Source: Candidatus Limnocylindria bacterium (GTDB lineage Bacteria > Chloroflexota > Limnocylindria > P2-11E). From it: DNA of 57,701 bases. The stretch spans positions 1 through 57,701 of the forward strand of contig DASWCU010000056.1 of assembly GCA_036389935.1 (NCBI GenBank), in the 5' to 3' direction. The notes under the pieces are model-generated. The model was not told where the DNA came from and ran no database searches. It saw only the letters and a program-made list of their open reading frames with translations. Position numbers and translations under genes: made by a program. Shown here piece by piece: positions 18,682 to 26,711 of this stretch. Numbering within the stretch: position 1 is the stretch's first letter; each line of letters starts with the position of its first letter.

Positions 18682-19392
18682 GTGGCTGGGTGGACAGAGA
18701 ACGGACAATATGCCGCGGTGGTCATCGACCAGAAGGTGTGGGACCTCGCGGCTCAGCTTGGCGACGTGCTGCCGATCCACGTACTGGGTGACGCAGACCG
18801 TCAGGAGCTCGTGTCCCACATGCACGTCCGCCGGTTCAAGGAGAGCGAGGTCGTGTACCACCGCGACGACCCAGCCGAGGACGTCTTCGTCGTCTACCAC
18901 GGCCTCGTGAAGTCGCTGCTCCACGATGAGGAGGGGCACGAGCTGGTCGTCGCGCTGCTCGGCCGCGGGCAGTTCTTCGGGACCCTCGCGCTCTTCGAGA
19001 AGCAGCCGCGCGAGAGCACCGTCGTCGCCGTGATCCCGACCACGGTGCTCCAGATCGCGCGCGCGGACGGCCTGAGGGTCCTCGAGCGCAACCCGCGCGC
19101 GATGTACTTCATGTTCGAGCGTCTGGCCGGCACGATCCACCAGCTCTCCGGGATGCTCGAGGGGATCGTGTTCCTCGACGTGCCCAGCCGGCTGGCGAAG
19201 TACCTCATCGAGGCCGATCGGGTGGGCGGGAGCGCGCTGACCCAGGACGACATCGCGGCGGCGATCGCCTCGACGCGGGTCACGGTGAACAAGACGCTCG
19301 CCGACTTCGAACGCCGGGGCCTGATCAGGGTCGATCGACGGCAGGTCCTGATCGTCGACGAGGCCGGCCTGCGCCGCGAGATCCGGCCCTAA
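18682..19392 (+). CDS. Crp/Fnr-family transcriptional regulator
   Basis: cNMP-binding beta-barrel region (GRGQFFGTLALF) plus C-terminal HTH (TQDDIAAAIASTRVTVNKTLADFERRGLI). GTG start; GTG 18718 is an alternative. Confidence 0.85.
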   Translation: MAGWTENGQYAAVVIDQKVWDLAAQLGDVLPIHVLGDADRQELVSHMHVRRFKESEVVYHRDDPAEDVFVVYHGLVKSLLHDEEGHELVVALLGRGQFFGTLALFEKQPRESTVVAVIPTTVLQIARADGLRVLERNPRAMYFMFERLAGTIHQLSGMLEGIVFLDVPSRLAKYLIEADRVGGSALTQDDIAAAIASTRVTVNKTLADFERRGLIRVDRRQVLIVDEAGLRREIRP

Positions 19393-19428
19393 CGCCGCGC
19401 CTCGGAGCACGACCTCCGAAACGCGACC

Positions 19429-21060
19429 CTAAGCGACCGCCGGCGTCCGCCGCCGCGCCATTGCCCACTCGCGCACGGCCGCGCGCCGCACCTTCAAGGT
19501 GTGGGTCCGCGGGAAATCGGCATCCGGCCAGAGCTGCCAGCGCTGGACGCGCTGATGGGTACCGAGGTGCCGGTTCGCTTCGCGGACCGCAGCCGCCACG
19601 CCGTCGGCGTCGAGCCGCTCCCCCGCCCTGACGATCGCCTCGAGCGTGCCCGGCTCCGTCTCGACGACCACGCTCTCGGGAACGCCTGCGGCGCGCAGCG
19701 CGCTCTCGACATCCTCGGGGTACACGTTCAGGCCGTTCGGCAGGACCACCATGTCCTTCGCCCGGCCATGAAGGACGAGGCTGCCGTGGCGATCGAAATG
19801 GCCGAGGTCACCGCTGCGATACGAGCCGTCGTTCGCGATCGCCTCGGCGGTCGCGAGCGGATCGTTCCAGTAACCGCGGAACACGCCCGGCCCTCGAACG
19901 AGCACCTGTCCGTCCGCGTCGAGCCGCAGCTCGTTCGGTGCGGTGACCCGCCCGACGATCCCAGCCTCGTGATGGCGAGCGGTCGCGCAGCACACGATGC
20001 CGCATTCCGTCGCGCCGTAGCCTTGGAGGACGGTCACCCCGAGATCCTCCCAGAAGGATTGCACCGGAGGCGGCAACGCCGCGCCCGACGAGATGAAGAG
20101 CCGGAGCCCGCCGCCAAGCTGCGCGTGGACGTCCGCGAAGAGCCGCCGCCGCAGGAACACCGGCAGGTGGCGCGCCACGACCCGTGCGGCACGGAGCCGG
20201 CGGGCCCGCCCGCGCCGCTCGGCCTCGCGCTCGATCGCGCTCTCGAACAGCTCGAGGGCCATGGGCACGACCGCCATCGTGCTGACCCGATGGGCACGCA
20301 GGGCCTGGAAGATCACCCGAGGCTGCATCGAGCGGACGTAGAGGACCGATGCGTCGACGAGGAGCGCGTAGAAGAGCTCCGCCAGCTGGCCGAAGACGTG
20401 GCTCAGCGGCATCAGGGACACGACCCGGTGGCGTTGGGTCGGGATCGCGTTCGTGCAGGCCTCGACCCAGCTCAGGATGTTGCCGTGCGTGAGCGTGACC
20501 CCCTTCGGGCGGCCCGTGGTGCCCGACGTGTAGATGATCTCGAACACATCGTCGCGGCCGGGGCCGGGCGGGCCCGCGAGGTCGTCGATGGGCGCCGACG
20601 ACGCCCGATCGACCACCGCCGTGAGCGACTCGACCGTGGCATATGGCAGCCCGCCCAGGCCGAGCCGTGCCGCCTCGGCCTCGAGCCCGGCGCCCAGGGC
20701 CAGGGCACGCGCACCTGAGTCCGCGGCGATCCGGCCGACCGCGTCCGCCGACATGCGCAGGTCGAGCGGGACGACGACGACGCCGGCTCGCATCGCGCCG
20801 AAGAAGACCGCGGGCACCGACGGCGTGGAAGCCGAAAGGACGAGCAGCCGGTCGCCGGGCGAGAGACCGAGTCGCTGCGCGAGACGATGTCCAGCGGCGA
20901 CCGCGCGCTCGGAGAGCTGCCGACGGGTCCACGTTTCCGTCGTTCCGTCCTCCCGAAAGAGGCCGAGGCAGGCCGCATCGGGCTCACGCCGTTCGGCGTC
21001 CTGCAGGATCTCGAGCAGGCTCTCGTAGCGGCGGACGTCGGGCACGGGCTGCGATCTCAT
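19429..21060 (-). CDS. AMP-dependent synthetase/ligase (acyl-CoA ligase family)
   Basis: IIYTSGTTGRPKGV AMP-binding motif, GYGATE and the C-terminal domain. Confidence 0.85.
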   Translation of the reverse strand: MRSQPVPDVRRYESLLEILQDAERREPDAACLGLFREDGTTETWTRRQLSERAVAAGHRLAQRLGLSPGDRLLVLSASTPSVPAVFFGAMRAGVVVVPLDLRMSADAVGRIAADSGARALALGAGLEAEAARLGLGGLPYATVESLTAVVDRASSAPIDDLAGPPGPGRDDVFEIIYTSGTTGRPKGVTLTHGNILSWVEACTNAIPTQRHRVVSLMPLSHVFGQLAELFYALLVDASVLYVRSMQPRVIFQALRAHRVSTMAVVPMALELFESAIEREAERRGRARRLRAARVVARHLPVFLRRRLFADVHAQLGGGLRLFISSGAALPPPVQSFWEDLGVTVLQGYGATECGIVCCATARHHEAGIVGRVTAPNELRLDADGQVLVRGPGVFRGYWNDPLATAEAIANDGSYRSGDLGHFDRHGSLVLHGRAKDMVVLPNGLNVYPEDVESALRAAGVPESVVVETEPGTLEAIVRAGERLDADGVAAAVREANRHLGTHQRVQRWQLWPDADFPRTHTLKVRRAAVREWAMARRRTPAVA

Positions 21061-21188
21061 GGTGACCCCTCCTCGAACCTTCCGCGACGAGGCTCAGGGC
21101 CGCTCACCCGAGCCGACGTGAGCGAGAACACACTTCCGCCGTACGCCGTCCGACGCCGCGCGCCGGCTCCGGACGCTTCACTGACCGG

Positions 21189-21899
21189 GTGAACGCGGTC
21201 CGCGAGGAGCGCCCGTCCGACCCGGAACGCCTCATCACCCGCGCACGCGTCGGCTGGTGGCCGCGCCTCGCGCGGCTGATCCTCCGGGCGGTCCTCGGGA
21301 CGCTGTTCCGGATCCGGCTCGTCGGGGACCCGCCGGAACGGGGCCCGTACATCCTCGCCGCGAACCATCAGGGCTGGAGCGACGCGTTCCTGATCATCGC
21401 CCTGTTCCCGGCTGCGCCGCGGATCTACTTCATCGGGGACCAGCGGGCCACGATGACCGTGTGGTGGAAGCGCTTCATCCTGAACACGCTCGGCGTCGTC
21501 GTGCCGGTGAAGCGTGAGGGGAGCTCCGAGCGCGACGCGATCGAGCGCTCGCTCGAAGTGCTCGCCGAAGGCGCGGTGCTCGGCATCTTTCCCGAGGGCC
21601 GGGTCTCGCGTACGGAGGCCTCGCTCGGGAGCTTCCACCGAGGCATCGGCTACCTCGCCGCGCGGGCGCGGGCCCCCGTGCTGCCGGTGTGGCTGCGCGG
21701 GACCGGCGAGCTCTACCTCGGACGAGCGCTGACGGCGTACGTCGGCGCGCTCCACCGGCCGCCGGAGGGCGCGCCGACGAAACAGCTCACGAGCGACTAC
21801 GCGGGCTGCGTGCGGCGCGACTTCGAAGCGCTCGCGCTGCCCTGGACGGAGCCGGCCGGCGTGCGCAAGCGCCTGCGCTGGCTGACCGACATCCTCTAG
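21189..21899 (+). CDS. 1-acyl-sn-glycerol-3-phosphate acyltransferase-like (PlsC family)
   Basis: AANHQGWSD (HxxxxD) and FPEGRVSR motifs. Divergent from the acyl-CoA ligase. Confidence 0.8.
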   Translation: MNAVREERPSDPERLITRARVGWWPRLARLILRAVLGTLFRIRLVGDPPERGPYILAANHQGWSDAFLIIALFPAAPRIYFIGDQRATMTVWWKRFILNTLGVVVPVKREGSSERDAIERSLEVLAEGAVLGIFPEGRVSRTEASLGSFHRGIGYLAARARAPVLPVWLRGTGELYLGRALTAYVGALHRPPEGAPTKQLTSDYAGCVRRDFEALALPWTEPAGVRKRLRWLTDIL

Positions 21900-21906
21900 G
21901 CGCGAG

Positions 21907-23232
21907 ATGAGCGAAGTCTTGATGGCCGCGTACGAGACGAGCGAAGGCGGCGAGCGTCCGACCCGGAAGCTGCCGCTCGGGCAGCTGCTGAACCTTTCGC
22001 TCTACTGGCTCGGCATCAACATCATCTGGGGCGGGATCAACGTCGTGCTGCAGCCGCGGATGGACGAGCTCGTCGGCACGGCCGCTTCGGGCACCGCGCT
22101 CGCGCTGATCACCGCGATCGGCACGGTCGTCGCGATCGCGGTGCAGCCGACGGTCGGCGCGATCTCGGACTACACCATCTCGCGGTGGGGCCGGCGGAAG
22201 CCGTACATCGCGATCGGGGCGACGCTCGACCTCGTGTTCATCGCCGGCGTCGCCCTGTCGAACACCTACCTCGGCGTCGTCGCGTTCGTCGCGCTGCTCC
22301 AGTTCTCCTCCAACTTCGCGCAGGGACCGTTCCAGGGCTATGTCCCCGACCTCGTCCCGGAGGAACAGGTCGGCACCGCGAGCGCGCTGATGGGCGTGAT
22401 GATCATGCTCGGCCGGGTCGTCGGGGCGGGGATCGGGACCATCGGGCTCTGGACCGGCAGCTTCGTGCTCGCGACCATCGGCCTCGGGGTCATCGAGGTC
22501 GTCACGGCGATCGCGACGCTCCTGACCGTGAACGAGGGCCGGCACGCGCCACCGCGCGAGGGCCGGTCGCTCTTCCGGATCGCCCGCGAGGCCTGGGGCC
22601 TCGACATCCTGGAGCAGCGCGATTTCCTCTGGCTGCTCGGCTCGCGGCTGTTCGTCCTGATGGGGCCGGTCGTCCTGACCGACTTCGTGTACTTCTACCT
22701 GAATCGGGCGTTCGCGCTGAGCGACAAGGAGACCGCGGTCTGGATCGCCGTCGCCCTGCCGCTCTTCGCCGTCGGGACGCTCCTCACGATCTATCCGGCG
22801 GCGAAGCTCTCCGACCGCTTCGGCCGCAAGCCGCTCATCTACGCGAGCTGCGCGATCGGGGCGGTCGGCATGCTCGGGATGGCGCTCGCCCCGACGGTCT
22901 ACGTCGCGGTCGCGATCGCGCCGCTCGTCGGCGTCTCCGCCGGCGCCTTCGTGGCGGTCGACTGGGCGCTGATGACCGAGCTCATCCCCAAGGTGACGAG
23001 CGGCCGCTACATGGGGATCTCCAACGTCGCGAGCGCGATCGCCGGCCCCATCGCGGTCACGCTCGCCGGCATCACCATGGACCGCGTCGGGGCGCTCGAC
23101 TTCGGCGCGGGCCCGCGCGCGGCGCTGTTGCTCGCGCTCGTCTTCTACGCGCTCGGCGCCCTATTGCTCGGCCCGGTCCGCGAGCCGGGCGCGAAGGTCG
23201 CGCTCCACGCCGTGCCCGAAGCGGCGGCCTGA
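21907..23232 (+). CDS. MFS transporter
   Basis: 12-TM profile with DYTISRWGRRKP and LSDRFGRKP loop motifs. Confidence 0.8.
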   Translation: MSEVLMAAYETSEGGERPTRKLPLGQLLNLSLYWLGINIIWGGINVVLQPRMDELVGTAASGTALALITAIGTVVAIAVQPTVGAISDYTISRWGRRKPYIAIGATLDLVFIAGVALSNTYLGVVAFVALLQFSSNFAQGPFQGYVPDLVPEEQVGTASALMGVMIMLGRVVGAGIGTIGLWTGSFVLATIGLGVIEVVTAIATLLTVNEGRHAPPREGRSLFRIAREAWGLDILEQRDFLWLLGSRLFVLMGPVVLTDFVYFYLNRAFALSDKETAVWIAVALPLFAVGTLLTIYPAAKLSDRFGRKPLIYASCAIGAVGMLGMALAPTVYVAVAIAPLVGVSAGAFVAVDWALMTELIPKVTSGRYMGISNVASAIAGPIAVTLAGITMDRVGALDFGAGPRAALLLALVFYALGALLLGPVREPGAKVALHAVPEAAA

Positions 23233-23263
23233 CCTCGCGCGCCCTGTAGCCGCCGCGCCGCGC

Positions 23264-24067
23264 CTAGTGCCGAGCGTCCGCCCAGTAGACGTGGGTCACG
23301 AGGTAGCGGCCGCCACCGAGATCCTGGACGTAGACCCTGCCGCGCTCGGGTGATGCACCCGGCGGCGTCCCGTCGCCGTCGTCCTCGCCATCGGCACCGG
23401 CGGGGGCACCCGCGACGGCGACGGCCTTGACGGTCGTCGTGCCGTCGAGATGCGCGTAGATGATCCCGAGCTCGTCGTAGTCATGTTGGTTCGGCGTCGT
23501 GCTCTTCGTGTCGCTGTCGCTCGTGTTGTGGTAGTAGTCCATGCAGGTGTTGAGCGACGCCCCCGAAGTATCCTGGTGATCCAGGCCGAGGGTGTGCCCG
23601 ACCTCCTGGCAGACGACGTGCTCCTTCTCGTTCTTGTTGTTGTAGCTCGGGTAGGCGAAGTACCAGTCGTTGACCTTGACGACGCCCTGGGTGATGTGGC
23701 TCCCGCTCAGCCAGATCTGGGCGATGCCGAGCCAGCCGTTGTTCCCGTAGCTGCCGTTGCAGACCTGGACGGTCCCGTCCAGTCCGCCGCAGCGCTTCTT
23801 CGTCGACGAACCGGCGACCACGACCGTGTCGAGCACTGTCGCCTTCGACCAGTCGCTCGAGGTCTGGGCGAGGTGGCTCTTCCAGTCCGCGGTGGTCATG
23901 TTGTCCCCGAGCTGCAGCGTGAATGGATTCGCGGTGCGTGCCCAGTGGTAGCCGTTCCACGAGTTCGTGGCCGTGACCGGCGCGGCGTTCGCGCCGACCA
24001 TGGCGAGGACGAGGAGCGCGACCGGAGCGAATCGAGCGGTGAAGCGACGCACGGGGCACCTCCGCAA
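23264..24067 (-). CDS. Secreted metzincin-like metalloprotease with atypical QExxHxxGxxH motif
   Basis: Signal peptide (FAPVALLVLAMVGANA). Motif C-Q154EVGH158TLGLDH164 at 23576..23608. Confidence 0.55.
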   Translation of the reverse strand: MRRCPVRRFTARFAPVALLVLAMVGANAAPVTATNSWNGYHWARTANPFTLQLGDNMTTADWKSHLAQTSSDWSKATVLDTVVVAGSSTKKRCGGLDGTVQVCNGSYGNNGWLGIAQIWLSGSHITQGVVKVNDWYFAYPSYNNKNEKEHVVCQEVGHTLGLDHQDTSGASLNTCMDYYHNTSDSDTKSTTPNQHDYDELGIIYAHLDGTTTVKAVAVAGAPAGADGEDDGDGTPPGASPERGRVYVQDLGGGRYLVTHVYWADARH

Positions 24068-24170
24068 ACAACACCCGCCAAGCGGCTAAGCCGTCGAAAG
24101 ATAGCCTGAACGGCGACGGGCGTCTATATGGGAAATAGGTATGGGCACGGAACGCGCGACCGATGTCCGG

Positions 24171-24243
24171 CGGGCCGTGCGCGACTCGAACGCGCGACTT
24201 GCTGCTTAGAAGGCAGCCGCTCTATCCGCTGAGCTAACGGCCC
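24171..24243 (-). tRNA. tRNA-Arg (anticodon UCU)
   Basis: Reverse complement folds as a cloverleaf: GGGCCGU-UA-GCUC-AGCGGAUA-GAGC-G-GCUGC-CUUCUAA-GCAGC-AAGUC-GCGCG-UUCGAGU-CGCGC-ACGGCCC-G. 73 nt, GTTCGAGTC T-arm, CCA not encoded. Confidence 0.85.
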
Positions 24244-24256
24244 GTTCTTGCGTCCA

Positions 24257-25666
24257 TTATCGCTGGGCGGTGTGGATCGCCCGCCCGATCGAGACGAGCG
24301 CGGCCTCGTGCAGCGTCTCGGCGAGCGTGGGATGGGCGTGGATCGTGGCGACGAGGTCCTCGGCCGTGGCCTCGAGCCGCAGCGCGAGCGTCGCCTCGGC
24401 GATGAGCTCGCTGGCCTGCGGCCCGACGATATGCGCGCCGACGATGCGGCCGTGCGGCCCGGCGGTGATGAGCTTGCACAGCCCGTCGCTCTCACCGAGC
24501 GCGAGCGCCCGGCCCGACGCCTTGAACGAGAAGCGCGACGCCTTCGCATCCGGGTACCTCTCCCGCGCCTGGGCCTCGGTCAGGCCCACGGTCGCGAGCT
24601 CCGGATGGGCGTACACCACGTTCGGCACCGCGTCGTAGTCCATCGTCGCGTCCTCGCCGAGGATCGTGTCCACCGCCACCTCGCCCTGGGTCGATGCGAC
24701 GTGCGCGAGCTTGGCGGAGCGGGGGTCGCCGATGCAGTCGCCGATAGCCCAGACGCCTCCGACGCTCGTCCGCATCCGATCGTCGACGGCGATGCCGAGC
24801 TTCTCGGTCTTGAGCCCGGCATTCTCGACGCCGCTGTAGTTCGCGACGCGACCGGCGCCGAGCACCACCTCGTCGCCGTCGATGGAGCCGGACTTCCCCT
24901 CGGTCTCGTAGGCGACGGTCACCGATCCCTTGCCCCGGTGGACCTCGGTGACCTTCGCGTTCGTGATGACCTCGAGGCCCTTCGGCTTCAGCGAGCGGAC
25001 GAGGATCCGTACGAGCTCCGGGTCGGCGTAGGCGAGCGGCTGGGGCAGGAGCTCGAGCACGGTCACGGTCGAGCCGACCTCCGCGAAGAAGGTACCGAGC
25101 TCCATCCCGATGACCCCACCTCCGATGACGACGAGCCGCTTCGGGATCTTCGTCAGCGCGAGCGCGCCGACGTTGTCGAGCGGCTTCGCCTCGGCCAGGC
25201 CGGCGATCGGCGGGATCCCGACCTTGGAGCCGGTCGCCACGATCACCGCGTTGGCCTTCACCGAGCGCTCCGTTCCGGCGACCTTCACCGTGAGCTCGCC
25301 GGGTGCGGCGAGGGTCCCCTCGCCTGTGATGAGATCGACCTTCCGGCCCTTCAGCAGCTGCTCGGTCCCTCGGACGAGCTGATCGACCACCGCGTCCTTG
25401 CGCGCGACCGCCTGGCGGAGGTCGAACGAGGCGCCCTGCACGTTGATCCCGTGCTCCTGCCCGTGTGTGGCGGCCCAGTACGCGTGGCTCGAGTCGAGGA
25501 GGGCCTTCGAGGGGATGCAGCCGACCGTGACGCAGGTGCCACCGACGCGATCGCGTTCGACGAGCGCGACCCGCGCACCCTTCGCGCCGGCGTAGAGCGC
25601 CGCGACGTAGCCGCCGGGCCCTCCGCCGAGGATCGCGATGTCGTACGTGCCGGCGGTGTCGGTCAC
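24257..25666 (-). CDS. lpd: Dihydrolipoyl dehydrogenase
   Basis: YDIAILGGGPGGY, GGTCVTVGCIPSK redox-active disulfide and C-terminal HAHPTLAE signature. Confidence 0.9.
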   Translation of the reverse strand: MTDTAGTYDIAILGGGPGGYVAALYAGAKGARVALVERDRVGGTCVTVGCIPSKALLDSSHAYWAATHGQEHGINVQGASFDLRQAVARKDAVVDQLVRGTEQLLKGRKVDLITGEGTLAAPGELTVKVAGTERSVKANAVIVATGSKVGIPPIAGLAEAKPLDNVGALALTKIPKRLVVIGGGVIGMELGTFFAEVGSTVTVLELLPQPLAYADPELVRILVRSLKPKGLEVITNAKVTEVHRGKGSVTVAYETEGKSGSIDGDEVVLGAGRVANYSGVENAGLKTEKLGIAVDDRMRTSVGGVWAIGDCIGDPRSAKLAHVASTQGEVAVDTILGEDATMDYDAVPNVVYAHPELATVGLTEAQARERYPDAKASRFSFKASGRALALGESDGLCKLITAGPHGRIVGAHIVGPQASELIAEATLALRLEATAEDLVATIHAHPTLAETLHEAALVSIGRAIHTAQR

Positions 25667-25917
25667 CCGAGGAGCAGCGTATCCGCGCTCGCGGCGTCGC
25701 GCTCCAACGGATGCGCCCGGTACCCGTAGCGCGCGAGCAGCAAGAGGTAGAGCGGCAGGTACGCGAGGCCGATCCGCTCGTACTGCGCGACGTGGCGGCG
25801 TTCGTGCATCCAGAGCGCCTCCGTAGGCTCACGCGCGGCGACGATGACGTGGCCGAAGGTGATCGCCGTGTAGCCACGCCGCGTGAGCAGGATGCGCGCG
25901 AGCCCACGGTCGCTCAC
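25663..25917 (-). CDS. Small HExxH (zincin, DUF4157-like) protein
   Basis: GTG start. GYTAITFGHVIVA...ALWMHERRHVAQYE resembles the DUF4157 zincin core and is followed by a hydrophobic segment. ATGA overlap with the lpd start. Confidence 0.45.
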   Translation of the reverse strand: MSDRGLARILLTRRGYTAITFGHVIVAAREPTEALWMHERRHVAQYERIGLAYLPLYLLLLARYGYRAHPLERDAASADTLLLG

Positions 25918-26020
25918 GTACAGGAAGCAGCCGTCCCGAACACGGGGGCGCGCGAACGAGAGCGCTCCGACGAGATGACCCAGTGGATCGGCGTGATGCC
26001 CGGCGAGGATGCGCCTCAGA

Positions 26021-26338
26021 TCACTGAGCGACTCGCTCGACCACCTTCTCCACCGCCGCGATGACCTTGGCCTCGGTGGTGAGGTGAGGGTCGTAGCGGA
26101 CCACGAGCCGGTGCGCGACCGCGTCCGCCTCGACGTGGGTGACGCCCTCGATGCGCCGCGTTCCCGCTACCACCTGTAGCGCACAGGTGTGTCATATGAG
26201 CTCGAGCACATCGAGCGTGACCTCGCCCTCATCCGCCGCGGCGACCGCCACGGTCGCGGGCGCGGCCGGTGGCGTCGCGGGCGCGCCGCAGCTGACGGAG
26301 ATGGCGAGAGCGAGCAGCAGAATGGGCGCCCGGTCCAC
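26021..26338 (-). CDS. Signal-peptide HMA (heavy-metal-associated, MerP/CopZ-like) protein with in-frame TGA at the first Cys of CxxC; candidate selenoprotein or nonsense pseudogene
   Basis: Absent from the ORF track because both halves are under 60 aa. Own translation from GTG 26338: VDRAPILLLALAISVSCGAPATPPAAPATVAVAAADEGEVTLDVLELI-TGA(26194..26192)-HTCALQVVAGTRRIEGVTHVEADAVAHRLVVRYDPHLTTEAKVIAAVEKVVERVAQ-TGA(26023..26021). Aligns without gaps to the HMA pattern. Confidence 0.55.
26171..26189 (-). other. Perfect 7-bp stem / 5-nt loop hairpin starting 2 nt after the in-frame UGA (SECIS-like position, atypically close)
   Basis: mRNA sense: UGA-CA-CACCUGU-GCGCU-ACAGGUG-GUAGC. Plus strand: CACCTGT-AGCGC-ACAGGTG. 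Confidence 0.5.
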
Positions 26339-26370
26339 GAGCGCCCATTCTGCGCTTCCAGTCGCGAACT

Positions 26371-26387
26371 CCGGCCGTTGCGGCCGG
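26371..26387 (-). terminator. GC-rich hairpin 7 nt after the csbD stop (no U-tract)
   Basis: CCGGCCG-CAA-CGGCCGG on the minus strand. No T-run follows, so termination efficiency is uncertain. Confidence 0.35.
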
Positions 26388-26393
26388 GGAGGA

Positions 26394-26594
26394 CTACCGC
26401 TCGATGTCGTCGTCGGGCATGCCCTGCTTCAGGTCGCCGATGCCCTCTTTGACCTTGCCCTTGCCCTGGTCGTACTTGCCGCCGAGCTCGGTCGAACGAT
26501 CGCCGCCGAGCTTCCCGGCCTCTTCCTTGACCTTGCCGGTGCCCTGGTCCTTCTTGCCCTCGATCTTGTCCTTCATGAAAGACGCCTCCTTCAC
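26394..26594 (-). CDS. CsbD-family general stress protein
   Basis: KDKIEGKKDQGTGKVKEEAGKLGGD...GKYDQGKGKVKEGIGDLK is typical CsbD repeat chemistry. GTG 26594 or ATG 26576 start. Confidence 0.8.
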   Translation of the reverse strand: MKEASFMKDKIEGKKDQGTGKVKEEAGKLGGDRSTELGGKYDQGKGKVKEGIGDLKQGMPDDDIER

Positions 26595-26711
26595 ATCGCG
26601 ACGCCGCGCGGGGCGGCGTCTGATCGAGAAGAGGCCGCATGCGCCGTGCCACCTGGTGTCGCGACCCTGCCGAGCGCGGGCATGGCATGATCGCTGCTCG
26701 TCACGCGACCG

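Noticed and set aside
24068-24256. AT-richer stretch (around 24124..24146) beside tRNA-Arg as a possible integration scar or genomic-island boundary
   Set aside because: No integrase, excisionase or transposase nearby. I found no direct repeat of the tRNA 3' end by eye. The flanking genes look like ordinary chromosomal genes.
26100-26200. Calling the post-UGA hairpin a canonical bacterial SECIS
   Set aside because: The apical loop starts only about 9 nt after the UGA, closer than in the characterised elements I recall. It is therefore reported only as SECIS-like pending a proper model search.
24257-26338. HMA protein plus flavoprotein disulfide reductase as a mer-like (MerP/MerA) mercury locus
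   Set aside because: The reductase has the Lpd C-terminal HAHPTLAE signature and lacks the MerA C-terminal Cys-Cys pair and NmerA domain. No merR or merT is present. Only the MerP-like topology of the HMA protein remains as an analogy.
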